The translations under genes were made by a program, and so were the position numbers. Shown piece by piece: positions 39,662 through 48,794 of a stretch of 64,000 nt of DNA (the stretch's first letter is position 1; each line of letters starts with the position of its first letter). This stretch comes from Gemmatimonadaceae bacterium (lineage in GTDB: Bacteria > Gemmatimonadota > Gemmatimonadetes > Gemmatimonadales > Gemmatimonadaceae), in NCBI GenBank assembly GCA_044224185.1, contig JBGAKW010000015.1:55603-119602 (forward strand). Direction: 5' to 3'. The notes under the pieces are model-generated. The model saw only the letters and a list, made by a program, of their open reading frames with translations. It did no database searches and had not been told where the DNA came from.

Positions 39662-40638
39662 GCGAAGAGCCCCACTTGCCCGCCGGTGTGCCAGAACATC
39701 ACCGTTTGGCCGTCGCGGAATTCGCCCGCTCGCGCCTTGCCGATGAGTCCCGAGAGCGCTTTGGCTGTGTACCAGTGGTCGGTGAAGAGCGCTTCGTTGC
39801 GCGCGGCCAGCGATTGCGCTTCGCGCGAAGCCTCGGTCGGAATGCCGTATCCCTCACCGACGAACGAGGCGTCCGCCTCGAAGCGTGGTGCGGCTTCGAG
39901 CTCGCCGGTGCTCAGCCCTAGACGCTCTTCGATTCCACCACAAATGTCGAGCACGACGCGGCGAATCTCATCGACGGGATCGTCGGCGCTGATGCCGATG
40001 ATGCGCGTCTTGAGCTTGAACAGCGCACAACCGGCGATGAGTCCCGCCTGTGTCCCGCCAGACGACGTCGCGTGCACGATCACGTCAGGGATCACCCCTT
40101 GTCGCACGACCTCGGCGATGCCTAACGCGAGACCCATGGCGCCTAACGGGTTGGAGGCGCCGAGGGGAATCACCAGCGGTCGCTTTCCCCGATTGCGGAG
40201 ATCGTCAGCGACGCGATCCATGGTTGGCGCACGCGCGGCGCGATCAGCGACATACGTGATCTCGGCGCCGAGTAGTGAGTCGAGCAAGGCATTGCCCGTC
40301 AAACGCTCTGGAGGCGTTCCATTGGCGATGATGTGGCACGCCATCCCGAGTCGCGCCGCGGTCGCCGCTGTCGCTCGACAATGATTCGATTGTACTCCGC
40401 CACACGTGATGAGGGTGTCGACCCCTTCTGTGCGCGCGGCGGCTGCGACGAGACCGAGCTTGCGGACCTTGTTCCCCCCAAAGCCGAATGGGAGTGCGTC
40501 ATCTCGCTTGATCAGGAGGCGCGCCCCCATGCCGATCGCGTCACGAAGGCGAGAAGCTTCGTCGATGGGCGTGGGGAGCGCGCCCAGCGCGACGTGCGGG
40601 AGTGATAACAGCGTATCACGTGCAGTGGCGAGAGACAT
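39658..40638 (-). CDS. PLP-dependent D-cysteine desulfhydrase / ACC deaminase family protein
   Basis: KRDDALPFGFGGNKVRKLG (PLP lysine) and a Gly-rich phosphate loop ATSSGGTQAG. Confidence 0.8.
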   Translation of the reverse strand: MSLATARDTLLSLPHVALGALPTPIDEASRLRDAIGMGARLLIKRDDALPFGFGGNKVRKLGLVAAAARTEGVDTLITCGGVQSNHCRATAATAARLGMACHIIANGTPPERLTGNALLDSLLGAEITYVADRAARAPTMDRVADDLRNRGKRPLVIPLGASNPLGAMGLALGIAEVVRQGVIPDVIVHATSSGGTQAGLIAGCALFKLKTRIIGISADDPVDEIRRVVLDICGGIEERLGLSTGELEAAPRFEADASFVGEGYGIPTEASREAQSLAARNEALFTDHWYTAKALSGLIGKARAGEFRDGQTVMFWHTGGQVGLFA

Positions 40639-40671
40639 GTGCGGGAGTAGTTAGGCGTCGAGAAACTGCGC

Positions 40672-41352
40672 GTGAGGATATCGACCGGACGGGACAAGTG
40701 CCACCACCCAAGTGCGCTCGCTAGTTTTCGCGCGATTTCTCGACTGCATGTGAGCAGAGGCTTGTCGTCTTCTATCGATTCCGAACTCTCCGACAAATGG
40801 CGGCGCGGCCCGGGCATCTTTGTGGTGACCGATGTGCGCGGCGACGTGGGGGAGCGCATACAGCAGATCCAGCGCAGGTACGATCCGAAGCTGGCGAACT
40901 ATCTCCCGCCGCACATCACGCTCGCCGGATCGTCTGGCGTCGGGCCGATCGACGCGTCGACCGATCGTGTGATACTCCGAGACGTGATGGAGGAGATTGC
41001 GGAGACGACCGCGCCGCTCTCGCTCAAATTCGGCGCACCGATTCGCTTCATGCAGACCGATATCATCGTGCTGCCGCTCGATCCGCACGGTGCACTGCGC
41101 GAGTTGCACGAGCGCATCGCGCGAAGCGGGCTGTCGTTTCAGGCGGCGCGGTTTGCATTTACGCCACACGTGACGCTGTCATTCTTCCGCACGTTGACCG
41201 CGGAGATGCGCCGCGAGCTCCTCGCCATTCGCGAGGACGGGTTCTTCGAACTCGACCACATCCGCTGCTCGCTCACCGATGAACCGATGCCGCCGCGAGC
41301 CATCTTCGAGCTTCCGTTAACCGGAGCGCGCGGAGAAGCAAACGATCGTTAG
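40672..41352 (+). CDS. 2H phosphoesterase (LigT / 2'-5' RNA ligase-like) family protein
   Basis: Two HxT motifs (PPHITLAG, TPHVTLSF). The true start may be downstream of 40672. Confidence 0.6.
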   Translation: MRISTGRDKCHHPSALASFRAISRLHVSRGLSSSIDSELSDKWRRGPGIFVVTDVRGDVGERIQQIQRRYDPKLANYLPPHITLAGSSGVGPIDASTDRVILRDVMEEIAETTAPLSLKFGAPIRFMQTDIIVLPLDPHGALRELHERIARSGLSFQAARFAFTPHVTLSFFRTLTAEMRRELLAIREDGFFELDHIRCSLTDEPMPPRAIFELPLTGARGEANDR

Positions 41353-41391
41353 GTTAAGCAAAGCGGGAAAGGAAACGTTTCAAGGATCCCG

Positions 41392-42846
41392 ATGAATCTC
41401 GACCAATTGCTGGCTGCAATCGAGGAGGACGCGAGCCGCGACTCGGCCGCGTTGTTCAGTGGTATCGCCGCGGACTATCTGGCGGCGGCGGGTAAGGACG
41501 ATGTTCCCGTATCGCCGTGGGAGGATCCGCGCGAGACGGCCGCTCGCTACGACGAAGCGCTGCCTAACGGGGGCCAGCCACTGGAGACCGTCGCCGCGTT
41601 CGTGCGCGACCGCGTGATTCAGGGCGCAAACTGGCTCGCGCATCCCATGGCGATGGGGCATCAAGTCTCGCCGCCAGTGCCAGCATCTATCTGGACTGAC
41701 GCGATCATCTCGGCGCTCAACAACTCGCTTGCTGTGCGCGAGATGTCGCCGACGCTCACCCACGTCGAGCGGCGGGTCGTGCGTTGGATGTGCGACGCGA
41801 TCGGGTTGGGTGCGGGGAGTGGAGGAACCTTCACGTCGGGCGGGACGGAAGCGACGCTGACCGCGTTACTGGCTGCGCGCGCCGCGTGCCTGCCTAACGC
41901 GTGGGAAGAAGGCATGGGTGGCAGTCTCCCCGTCGTGCTGTGCGGTGCGCACGCGCACTACGCGGTCTCTCGCGCGGCCGGAGTGATTGGACTCGGGGTG
42001 CGTCAGCTCGTCGCCGTGCCGTCGACAAACTATCGAATGGATGTGCGCGCCCTTGGGCGTCGCATGCGCGCGCTGCGAGCCGAGGGACGGACAATTCTCG
42101 CGGTTGTTGGAACGGCTGGACACACGGCGACCGGCGCGTTCGACGACTTTGGCGCATTGGCCGACCTTTGCGCTGCGCACAAGACGTGGTTGCACGTCGA
42201 CGGTGCGCACGGAGCGTCGGCGATCTTCTCCTCGGCGCACCGGCATCGCCTACGCGGAATCGATCGCGTCGATTCGCTCGCGTGGGATCCCCATAAGATG
42301 ATGCTCACGCCCCTGGCGTCAGGAATGATTCTGGTGCGCGACGAGCGGTCGCTGGAGCGAGCCTTCGCGCAAAAGGCACCCTATCTCTTTCACGCGACCG
42401 ATGAGGGCGTTTCGCCCGACATCGGTGTGAGGTCGCTCCAGTGTTCGCGACGCGGTGATGCACTGAAGGTCTGGGTCGCGCTGCAGCGCTATGGAGCCGA
42501 TGGACTCGCGCTGCTGTACGACCATCTCTGTGCGCTGGCCTCGGCCCTGCACGCCATTCTTGAGGCGCACCCAAGATTCAGGGTGCTGCACACGCCCGAG
42601 AGCAACATTCTGTGCTTTCGATTTGTTGATGACGGAACGCTTACGCCCGAAGCGCTCGACGCACTCAACCTCGAGCTACGCACGACGTACAATCGTTCGG
42701 GCATTGGGTGGATCACGACGACAATGCTCGAAGGCGAGCGTGTGCTGCGCGTGACGATCATGAATCCGCGCACCACCGAAGGGCACCTTGAGCGAATGGT
42801 GAACCACCTCGACGCGATGGGGCGCGAACTGGTCAGGCAGCGTTAG
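41392..42846 (+). CDS. Group II pyridoxal-dependent amino-acid decarboxylase
   Basis: SGGTEATLTAL, HVDGAHGA, and WDPHKMM (PLP lysine). Confidence 0.8.
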   Translation: MNLDQLLAAIEEDASRDSAALFSGIAADYLAAAGKDDVPVSPWEDPRETAARYDEALPNGGQPLETVAAFVRDRVIQGANWLAHPMAMGHQVSPPVPASIWTDAIISALNNSLAVREMSPTLTHVERRVVRWMCDAIGLGAGSGGTFTSGGTEATLTALLAARAACLPNAWEEGMGGSLPVVLCGAHAHYAVSRAAGVIGLGVRQLVAVPSTNYRMDVRALGRRMRALRAEGRTILAVVGTAGHTATGAFDDFGALADLCAAHKTWLHVDGAHGASAIFSSAHRHRLRGIDRVDSLAWDPHKMMLTPLASGMILVRDERSLERAFAQKAPYLFHATDEGVSPDIGVRSLQCSRRGDALKVWVALQRYGADGLALLYDHLCALASALHAILEAHPRFRVLHTPESNILCFRFVDDGTLTPEALDALNLELRTTYNRSGIGWITTTMLEGERVLRVTIMNPRTTEGHLERMVNHLDAMGRELVRQR

Positions 42847-42852
42847 GCACTA

Positions 42853-43371
42853 TCAAATCGCTTTCTTTAGTGCTGCCTCGATGTCCTGGTCGCCCCCAGC
42901 CCCGGCGTAGACGATCTTTCCCGCCTTGTTGACGACAATCACGGTGGACGTCGCCTTGACGCCATAGACCTCGTCGGCTTCACCTAAACGATCATAGTAG
43001 GTCTCGATGTCGAAGCCGTGCTTCTCCATGTGCAGCTTGACGCGCTGGGGCGACTGATTGAACGAGACAGCGAGGCCGACAAATTTCACCTGCGAGCCGT
43101 ACTTCTTCTTGGCGGCGATGACCTTGGGGGCCAGCGCTTCGCAGTTCTCGCACCACGTCGCCCACACCTCGATGAACATCGGAGTCTTGCCGATGTACTG
43201 GGCGAGCGACGCCGGCTTTCCGTCGAGCGTCTCGACCTTCAGGTCCGGGAGTTGAGCGCCGATAGGAAGATCGATGGCTTTTTGCGCGCGCGCGAGCGAG
43301 GGAACGAATGCCACCGCGGCGATAATGACGCCCAGAGACAAACGACGGCGTGCCGGTGTGCCTAACGTCAT
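42853..43371 (-). CDS. TlpA/ResA-like periplasmic thiol:disulfide oxidoreductase
   Basis: WATWCENC CxxC motif and a signal peptide. The ATG at 43371 overlaps the ccdA stop (ATGA). Confidence 0.8.
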   Translation of the reverse strand: MTLGTPARRRLSLGVIIAAVAFVPSLARAQKAIDLPIGAQLPDLKVETLDGKPASLAQYIGKTPMFIEVWATWCENCEALAPKVIAAKKKYGSQVKFVGLAVSFNQSPQRVKLHMEKHGFDIETYYDRLGEADEVYGVKATSTVIVVNKAGKIVYAGAGGDQDIEAALKKAI

Positions 43372-44096
43372 ATCAGCAGTTGTCCCATCTTGATGAGGTA
43401 ATACTCGGCCACGGCGAGCATCAGGAAGCCGAACGCCTTCTTGACGCGAAGCATCCAGACCCCGGCCCGCGGAAGTCGCGAAAGCGCCCCGGATGATACC
43501 CCGACGATCACCAGCAGGGCGCACATCCCAAGGGAAAAGACGAACAAATAGATGAAGCCCAGAGCGGCGCTTTTCGTTTCACTCACCCAGGTAAGGACGG
43601 CGATCATGACTGGTGCCGAGCACGGTGCCGCGACCAGGCCCGACATCGCGCCCATCACGAACGTCCCCCCGAAACGCCCCCCTTCGCCCGCCGTCGAGGC
43701 GCGTTGCACGAGCGCGGTGGGGAGGCGGACTGGAATGACGTCGAACATCGAGAGGGCGGCGATGACGAGGAGGTTCGCCATCCCGAAGTACAACCACGGG
43801 TTGGTGCTGATGCGCCCGAACATCGTCCCGGTGAGTCCGGCAAAGAGGCCGAGCGCAGCGTAGACGAGCGCGAGTCCGAGGACGTAGGTGAGGGAGAGAA
43901 GCAAAGGCCGCAGCCGTCGCTGCGTTCCTCCCGCGGCAGACGCGTTGGCCTCGCCACCGCCGACGATCGCCGCGGTGATCGGGATCATCGGGTAGATGCA
44001 GGGCGTGAGCGACGTCAGGACTCCTGCAAAGAAGAGGAGTGGTAGCGCCGAGAGGGGGGAGCCGGAGAGGCGGCTCGTGATCGACGAGAAATCCAT
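43368..44096 (-). CDS. ccdA: Cytochrome c biogenesis protein CcdA (DsbD transmembrane-domain family)
   Basis: Six TM helices with LTPCIYPMIP and a second Cys in VAAPCSAPV. Confidence 0.85.
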   Translation of the reverse strand: MDFSSITSRLSGSPLSALPLLFFAGVLTSLTPCIYPMIPITAAIVGGGEANASAAGGTQRRLRPLLLSLTYVLGLALVYAALGLFAGLTGTMFGRISTNPWLYFGMANLLVIAALSMFDVIPVRLPTALVQRASTAGEGGRFGGTFVMGAMSGLVAAPCSAPVMIAVLTWVSETKSAALGFIYLFVFSLGMCALLVIVGVSSGALSRLPRAGVWMLRVKKAFGFLMLAVAEYYLIKMGQLLI

Positions 44097-44190
44097 ACGT
44101 GGGGTGAAGGATATCGTCGGGGGAGGTGTCGCGCTGGAAGTGCGAGGAGTTAATTCGCACGATCTCGAAAAGAGATGCCCAGGGGGTGAG

Positions 44191-45810
44191 ATGGAGTCGA
44201 AGAGAGTTTCGCGCTGCGTGGCTGTGGACTGGTCAGGGGCGATTGAACGCGCTGAGAAAAGGATATGGCTCGCTCGAGTGCAGTCTGGTGTGGTGGAGCA
44301 ACTGGAGTGCGAGCGCGATCGCCAAAGTGTCGCAGACTATCTCATCACCCAAGCGCGAGTCGAACCCGATGTCATCGTTGGCCTCGACTTCGCCTTCTCT
44401 CTTCCGCAATGGTTCTTAGATGAGCGCGGCTTGTCGTCGGCACACGAGCTTTGGGCTCTTGCTGCGTCGGAGGGCGAAGGATGGCTATCCGATTGCAGCC
44501 CGCCGTTCTGGGGACGTCCTGGAAAGATGCGCCCATCGTTGCCTTCGCACTTCCGCCGCGCTGACGCCGAGGTACCGCCGATAGGTGGGATCAAACCAAA
44601 ATCAGTTTTTCAGATTGGCGGAGCGGGCGCGGTCGGCACCGGCTCATTGCGGGGAATGCCGATCTTGCGTCAACTGCGAGACGCTGGCTTCGCGATCTGG
44701 CCGTTTGATGAAGTCGGAAGGTCTACCGTCATCGAGATCTACCCACGTCTCCTCACTGGCGCGGTGGCGAAGTCGAGCGCTAGCGCGCGATGCGAGTATC
44801 TGGAGTCGCGATATCCCAACCTTGAGAGTCGCTTTCGGCAGTTAGGCGAGTCGTCAGAGGATGCATTCGATGCACTCGTGTCGGCTCTCGTGATGGACGA
44901 GAATCGTGCAGCGTTCTCGAATCTTCCCGTCGCACGCGACGACCAAGACCGAAAGGAGGGTAGGATCTGGTTCCCGATGAAGCGCCAACAGGGAGAGGTT
45001 AGACGCGAAAAAATTGCGTCCGCACTAAGGTTGGTGAGCGACACAGTAGTTGCGCCTACGGCCGTTCACATGAGCGCCACAGGGGTTCGACTTTTCGAAG
45101 ATTTTCGCGACAACCTCGTGGTGGATCGCTTTGATCCGCAGCTGGCCAAGATGAGCGGTGCAAAGCGCAACGCCCTGCGCAGCGAGAACAGCGAAGATGC
45201 GTTGACGTGGAATGCGTTTCGGGCTCTCCGGCGCGCAGATCCCAAACTGTGGATTCCGCAATTGTCGCGTCGAACGTTTGAAGGCAATGAGCTGGAAGTA
45301 GAGGGTGATTCCGAGCTTCACCTATGGAATAAAGTGGAACCTCCACCTTCTCTGAGGCGCGTTCAAAGAGATGAAGGGGCGATCGAGATCGACGTGATCG
45401 TAGAAACCGACACGTGGGTGTGGATGATCGAAGCGAAGCTGCACAGCGACATTAGTCTCATCACGACGAACAGCAATTCGCGTGACCAGCTTCTGCGGAA
45501 CTTGGACGTCGGAACGTACTACGCTGGCGTGCGACGCTTCTACTTCTCGTTCCTTACACTGGGCGGTGAGCACTCCCCGGTTGGAAATGCTCGCCTTGAA
45601 GTGTACCGACGGAATTTGGGTGGTATTCGCGACGCGCTTCGTCATCGCGCCGATCGACTTCCGAATCTGGCCCAGATCGGGAGTCTCACGTGGATGGATA
45701 TTCGCGACGTGCTTCGCGATGTCGCTCGACAGTCGCCCCACGAGGATGCGAGTGTTGCGGCAGTTCTCGCTTTGACGTGGATGGACGACAAGATCTCAAA
45801 AGATGAGTGA
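44191..45810 (+). CDS. Fusion protein: N-terminal DUF429-like (RNase H-fold) domain plus C-terminal PD-(D/E)xK nuclease-like domain. Candidate defence nuclease.
   Basis: The ATG at 44191 follows GGGGGTGAG. N-terminal part: AVDWSGA, IVGLDFAFSLP, VIEIYPRL, SEDAFDALVSALV. C-terminal part: EDALTWNAF ... IEIDVIVETDTWVWMIEAKL (D 45391-45393, E-x-K 45430-45438). GC is visibly lower than in the flanks. Confidence 0.6.
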   Translation: MESKRVSRCVAVDWSGAIERAEKRIWLARVQSGVVEQLECERDRQSVADYLITQARVEPDVIVGLDFAFSLPQWFLDERGLSSAHELWALAASEGEGWLSDCSPPFWGRPGKMRPSLPSHFRRADAEVPPIGGIKPKSVFQIGGAGAVGTGSLRGMPILRQLRDAGFAIWPFDEVGRSTVIEIYPRLLTGAVAKSSASARCEYLESRYPNLESRFRQLGESSEDAFDALVSALVMDENRAAFSNLPVARDDQDRKEGRIWFPMKRQQGEVRREKIASALRLVSDTVVAPTAVHMSATGVRLFEDFRDNLVVDRFDPQLAKMSGAKRNALRSENSEDALTWNAFRALRRADPKLWIPQLSRRTFEGNELEVEGDSELHLWNKVEPPPSLRRVQRDEGAIEIDVIVETDTWVWMIEAKLHSDISLITTNSNSRDQLLRNLDVGTYYAGVRRFYFSFLTLGGEHSPVGNARLEVYRRNLGGIRDALRHRADRLPNLAQIGSLTWMDIRDVLRDVARQSPHEDASVAAVLALTWMDDKISKDE

Positions 45811-45878
45811 CAACGACCGCTTGATGTGCTTGTAGCACGCGCTCATTTTCGCCCCGTGCTGCGATCCACCCTTATTCG

Positions 45879-48794
45879 GTGACCACTCCCGAGGCGCGCG
45901 CTCGTCAAAAGATCGATGCCCAACTGGCTCAAGCGGGTTGGGTCGTTCAAGACATGGACGCGCTCAACATCACTGCCGGACGTGGAATCGCGATCCGCGA
46001 ATTTCCCCTCGCGCGGGGCTTTGGCTTCGCTGACTACCTCCTCTACGTCGACCAAAAGGCGGTGGGTGTCGTCGAAGCGAAGCGAGAAGGGACGCCTCTC
46101 GTCGAGGTAGAGATTCAGTCTGAGAAGTACGGCGCAGGCGTACCCACGGGCATCGATGCGCCCGTGCGCCCATTGCCATTTCTGTACGAGAGCACAGGCG
46201 TCGAGACGCGCTTTACCAACCGGCTTGATCCTACTCCAAAGAGTCGCGACGTTTTTTCATTCCATCGCCCCGAGACTCTCGCTTCGTGGATTGAAGCCGA
46301 GCCGCTCTGGCTTCCGAGTGTGAAGGGCTCGCCTGATCCGCGATCACAGCGTCCCTCCACTTTTCGGTCTCGGCTCACGGCGATGCCATCGGTCGATGAG
46401 CGCGGACTCTGGCCAGCACAAGTCGATGCAGTGCGGAGGCTTGAAGTATCACTCGCGCACGATCGTCCGCGCGCACTCATTCAGATGGCGACAGGGAGTG
46501 GCAAGACGTGGACGGCGGTGAGCAGCATCTACCGACTGTTGAAGTTCGGTGGCGCGCGGAAGGTGTTGTTCCTCGTCGATCGCGCAAACCTCGCACGGCA
46601 GGCGCTAAAGGAGTTCCAGAGCTATCGCACGCCTGACGACGGCCGTCTGTTTACGGAGCTCTACAACGTCCAACGCCTAACGAGCAATCGCTTGGATCCC
46701 GTCGCAAACGTTGTGATCGGGACGGTGCAGCGGTTGTACTCGATGCTCAAGGGCGAAGCGGAACTCGCGGAAGACGCCGACGAAGCGACGGCGGGTGATG
46801 TCGCTGTCGCGTTAGGTGGACTTGAGGCGCTTCGTCGAGACCCGCTCCCGGTGGTGTACAGTGGCGAGCTGCCGATTGAGCTGTTCGATGTTGTGTTTGT
46901 GGACGAAGCGCATCGCAGCATCTACACCTTGTGGCGCCAGGTGGTGGAATACTGGGATGCGTTCCTTGTCGGTCTCACCGCGACGCCTTCCAAGCTGACG
47001 TACGGATTCTTTCAGGGAAACCTCGTGGCCGAGTATGGGCATGAGGAGGCGGTAGCTGACGGTGTGAATGTCGACTTCGACGTGTACCGCATTCGCACGC
47101 AAATCACGGAGCAGGGTTCGATCGTCGAGGCGGGACAGTGGGTCGACAAGCGCGATCGCGAGACGCGCGCAAAGCGTTGGGAGCGATTGGACGAGGAGCT
47201 GAGCTACGACGCGAACGCGCTTGACCGCGATGTGGTGGCGCCGGACCAGATTCGCACGGTGGTACGCGCTTTCCGCGACAAGTTCCTCCCCGATGTCTTT
47301 CACGAGCGTACGACGATTCCCAAGACGCTCGTGTTCGCGAAGGACGACAGCCACGCTGACGACATCGTCAAGCTTCTCCGTGACGAACTATCGTTAGGCA
47401 ATGATGGCGTGCAGAAGATCACATACAAAACGGGAACAGCGCGCATTGTCGAGCATGTGCCTGGGCCAAATGGCAGCGAGATAGAGCGCGTCACCTACAA
47501 GTCGAGCGGTGTGAAGCCGGAGGATTTGCTGCAGAGCTTTCGCAACTCGTACAATCCCCGCATTGCGGTGACGGTCGACATGATTGCGACGGGGACTGAT
47601 GTGAAACCGCTCGAAGTGCTCTGGTTTATGCGCACCGTGAAAAGTCGCACGCTCTTTGAGCAGATGAAGGGAAGGGGCGTCCGCGTCATCAAGCCCGATG
47701 ATTTGAAAGGTGTTACGCCCGACGCAACGTCAAAAACACGATTCGTCATTGTCGACTGTGTCGGCGTGAGCGAAGAAGAGTTCTCCGATACGCGCCCGCT
47801 CGATCGTCAGCCGACCGTGTCGCTCGAACGGCTCCTGCAGGCAGTGGCAATAGGCAACGTCGATCCGGACGTTGCCTCCACGCTCGCTTCTCGTTTGGCG
47901 CGACTCGACCGGCAACTTGGCCGCGACGAACACGCGAGTGTTGCGGATGCAACTGGTGGTTTGGGGTTGCGAGACATCACCCATAAAATCGTGGACGCCC
48001 TCGACCCAGATCGTCAGATCGGCGAGGCCAAAGCGCTTTTTGGTGTGCGCGCAGGCGGCGAGTCGGACGATCGCCAGATCATCGACGCTCGCTCGGCGCT
48101 CATTCGTGCGGCGATGGCGCCGCTGGCGAGCAATCCGCAGCTGCGGCAGCGGCTCGTGGATCTTAAACGATCGAAGGAGCAGGTGATCGACATCGTGAGT
48201 CGCGACGTCTTGCTCGGCGCCTCATTGTCGGCCGAAGCGCGCGAGCGCGCGGCGGCGTTGACCACCAGCTTCGAGCACTTTCTGGCATCACACCGTGAGG
48301 AATTCGTGGCGTTGCAGTTGATGTATGGAAGCGCGGCCGGGCGGCGCCTAACGCGGAGTGCTGTGCAGGAGCTGGCCGATACGCTTGCGGCGCAGAAGCC
48401 GCCATTGGCACTCGCCGATGTGTGGCAGGCTTACCAGACGCTCGACCAGGGGAGAGTGCGCGGCGCGCCGGCGAAGATCTTGACTGATGTTGTGTCGCTC
48501 GTGCGGTTCGCGCTGCAGCGTGATGCTGAGTTGGCGCCGTTTCCCAAAGTGGCGCGCGAGCGTTATGCGGCGTGGTTGGCCAAGATTGAATCGGGCGGTC
48601 GTCGGTTCAATCGCGACCAGGCGATGTGGCTCGATGCGATTGTCGATCATTTAGCCGCGAATTTGGAGATTGCAGCTGACGACTTTGAGTATCCACCGTT
48701 CGCGCAGCGTGGTGGGTTGGGGGCGGCGTATCGGGTGTTTGGGAAGGAGTTGACGAGTGTGTTGGATGAGGTGACAGGGGTGGTGGCGGCGTGA
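45879..48794 (+). CDS. hsdR: Type I restriction enzyme R subunit (HsdR)
   Basis: N-terminal nuclease region QKIDAQLAQAGW...ADYLLY...VVEAK. Helicase motifs QMATGSGKTW, VDEAHRS, and GLTATPS. Long helical C-terminal domain. Confidence 0.9.
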   Translation: MTTPEARARQKIDAQLAQAGWVVQDMDALNITAGRGIAIREFPLARGFGFADYLLYVDQKAVGVVEAKREGTPLVEVEIQSEKYGAGVPTGIDAPVRPLPFLYESTGVETRFTNRLDPTPKSRDVFSFHRPETLASWIEAEPLWLPSVKGSPDPRSQRPSTFRSRLTAMPSVDERGLWPAQVDAVRRLEVSLAHDRPRALIQMATGSGKTWTAVSSIYRLLKFGGARKVLFLVDRANLARQALKEFQSYRTPDDGRLFTELYNVQRLTSNRLDPVANVVIGTVQRLYSMLKGEAELAEDADEATAGDVAVALGGLEALRRDPLPVVYSGELPIELFDVVFVDEAHRSIYTLWRQVVEYWDAFLVGLTATPSKLTYGFFQGNLVAEYGHEEAVADGVNVDFDVYRIRTQITEQGSIVEAGQWVDKRDRETRAKRWERLDEELSYDANALDRDVVAPDQIRTVVRAFRDKFLPDVFHERTTIPKTLVFAKDDSHADDIVKLLRDELSLGNDGVQKITYKTGTARIVEHVPGPNGSEIERVTYKSSGVKPEDLLQSFRNSYNPRIAVTVDMIATGTDVKPLEVLWFMRTVKSRTLFEQMKGRGVRVIKPDDLKGVTPDATSKTRFVIVDCVGVSEEEFSDTRPLDRQPTVSLERLLQAVAIGNVDPDVASTLASRLARLDRQLGRDEHASVADATGGLGLRDITHKIVDALDPDRQIGEAKALFGVRAGGESDDRQIIDARSALIRAAMAPLASNPQLRQRLVDLKRSKEQVIDIVSRDVLLGASLSAEARERAAALTTSFEHFLASHREEFVALQLMYGSAAGRRLTRSAVQELADTLAAQKPPLALADVWQAYQTLDQGRVRGAPAKILTDVVSLVRFALQRDAELAPFPKVARERYAAWLAKIESGGRRFNRDQAMWLDAIVDHLAANLEIAADDFEYPPFAQRGGLGAAYRVFGKELTSVLDEVTGVVAA

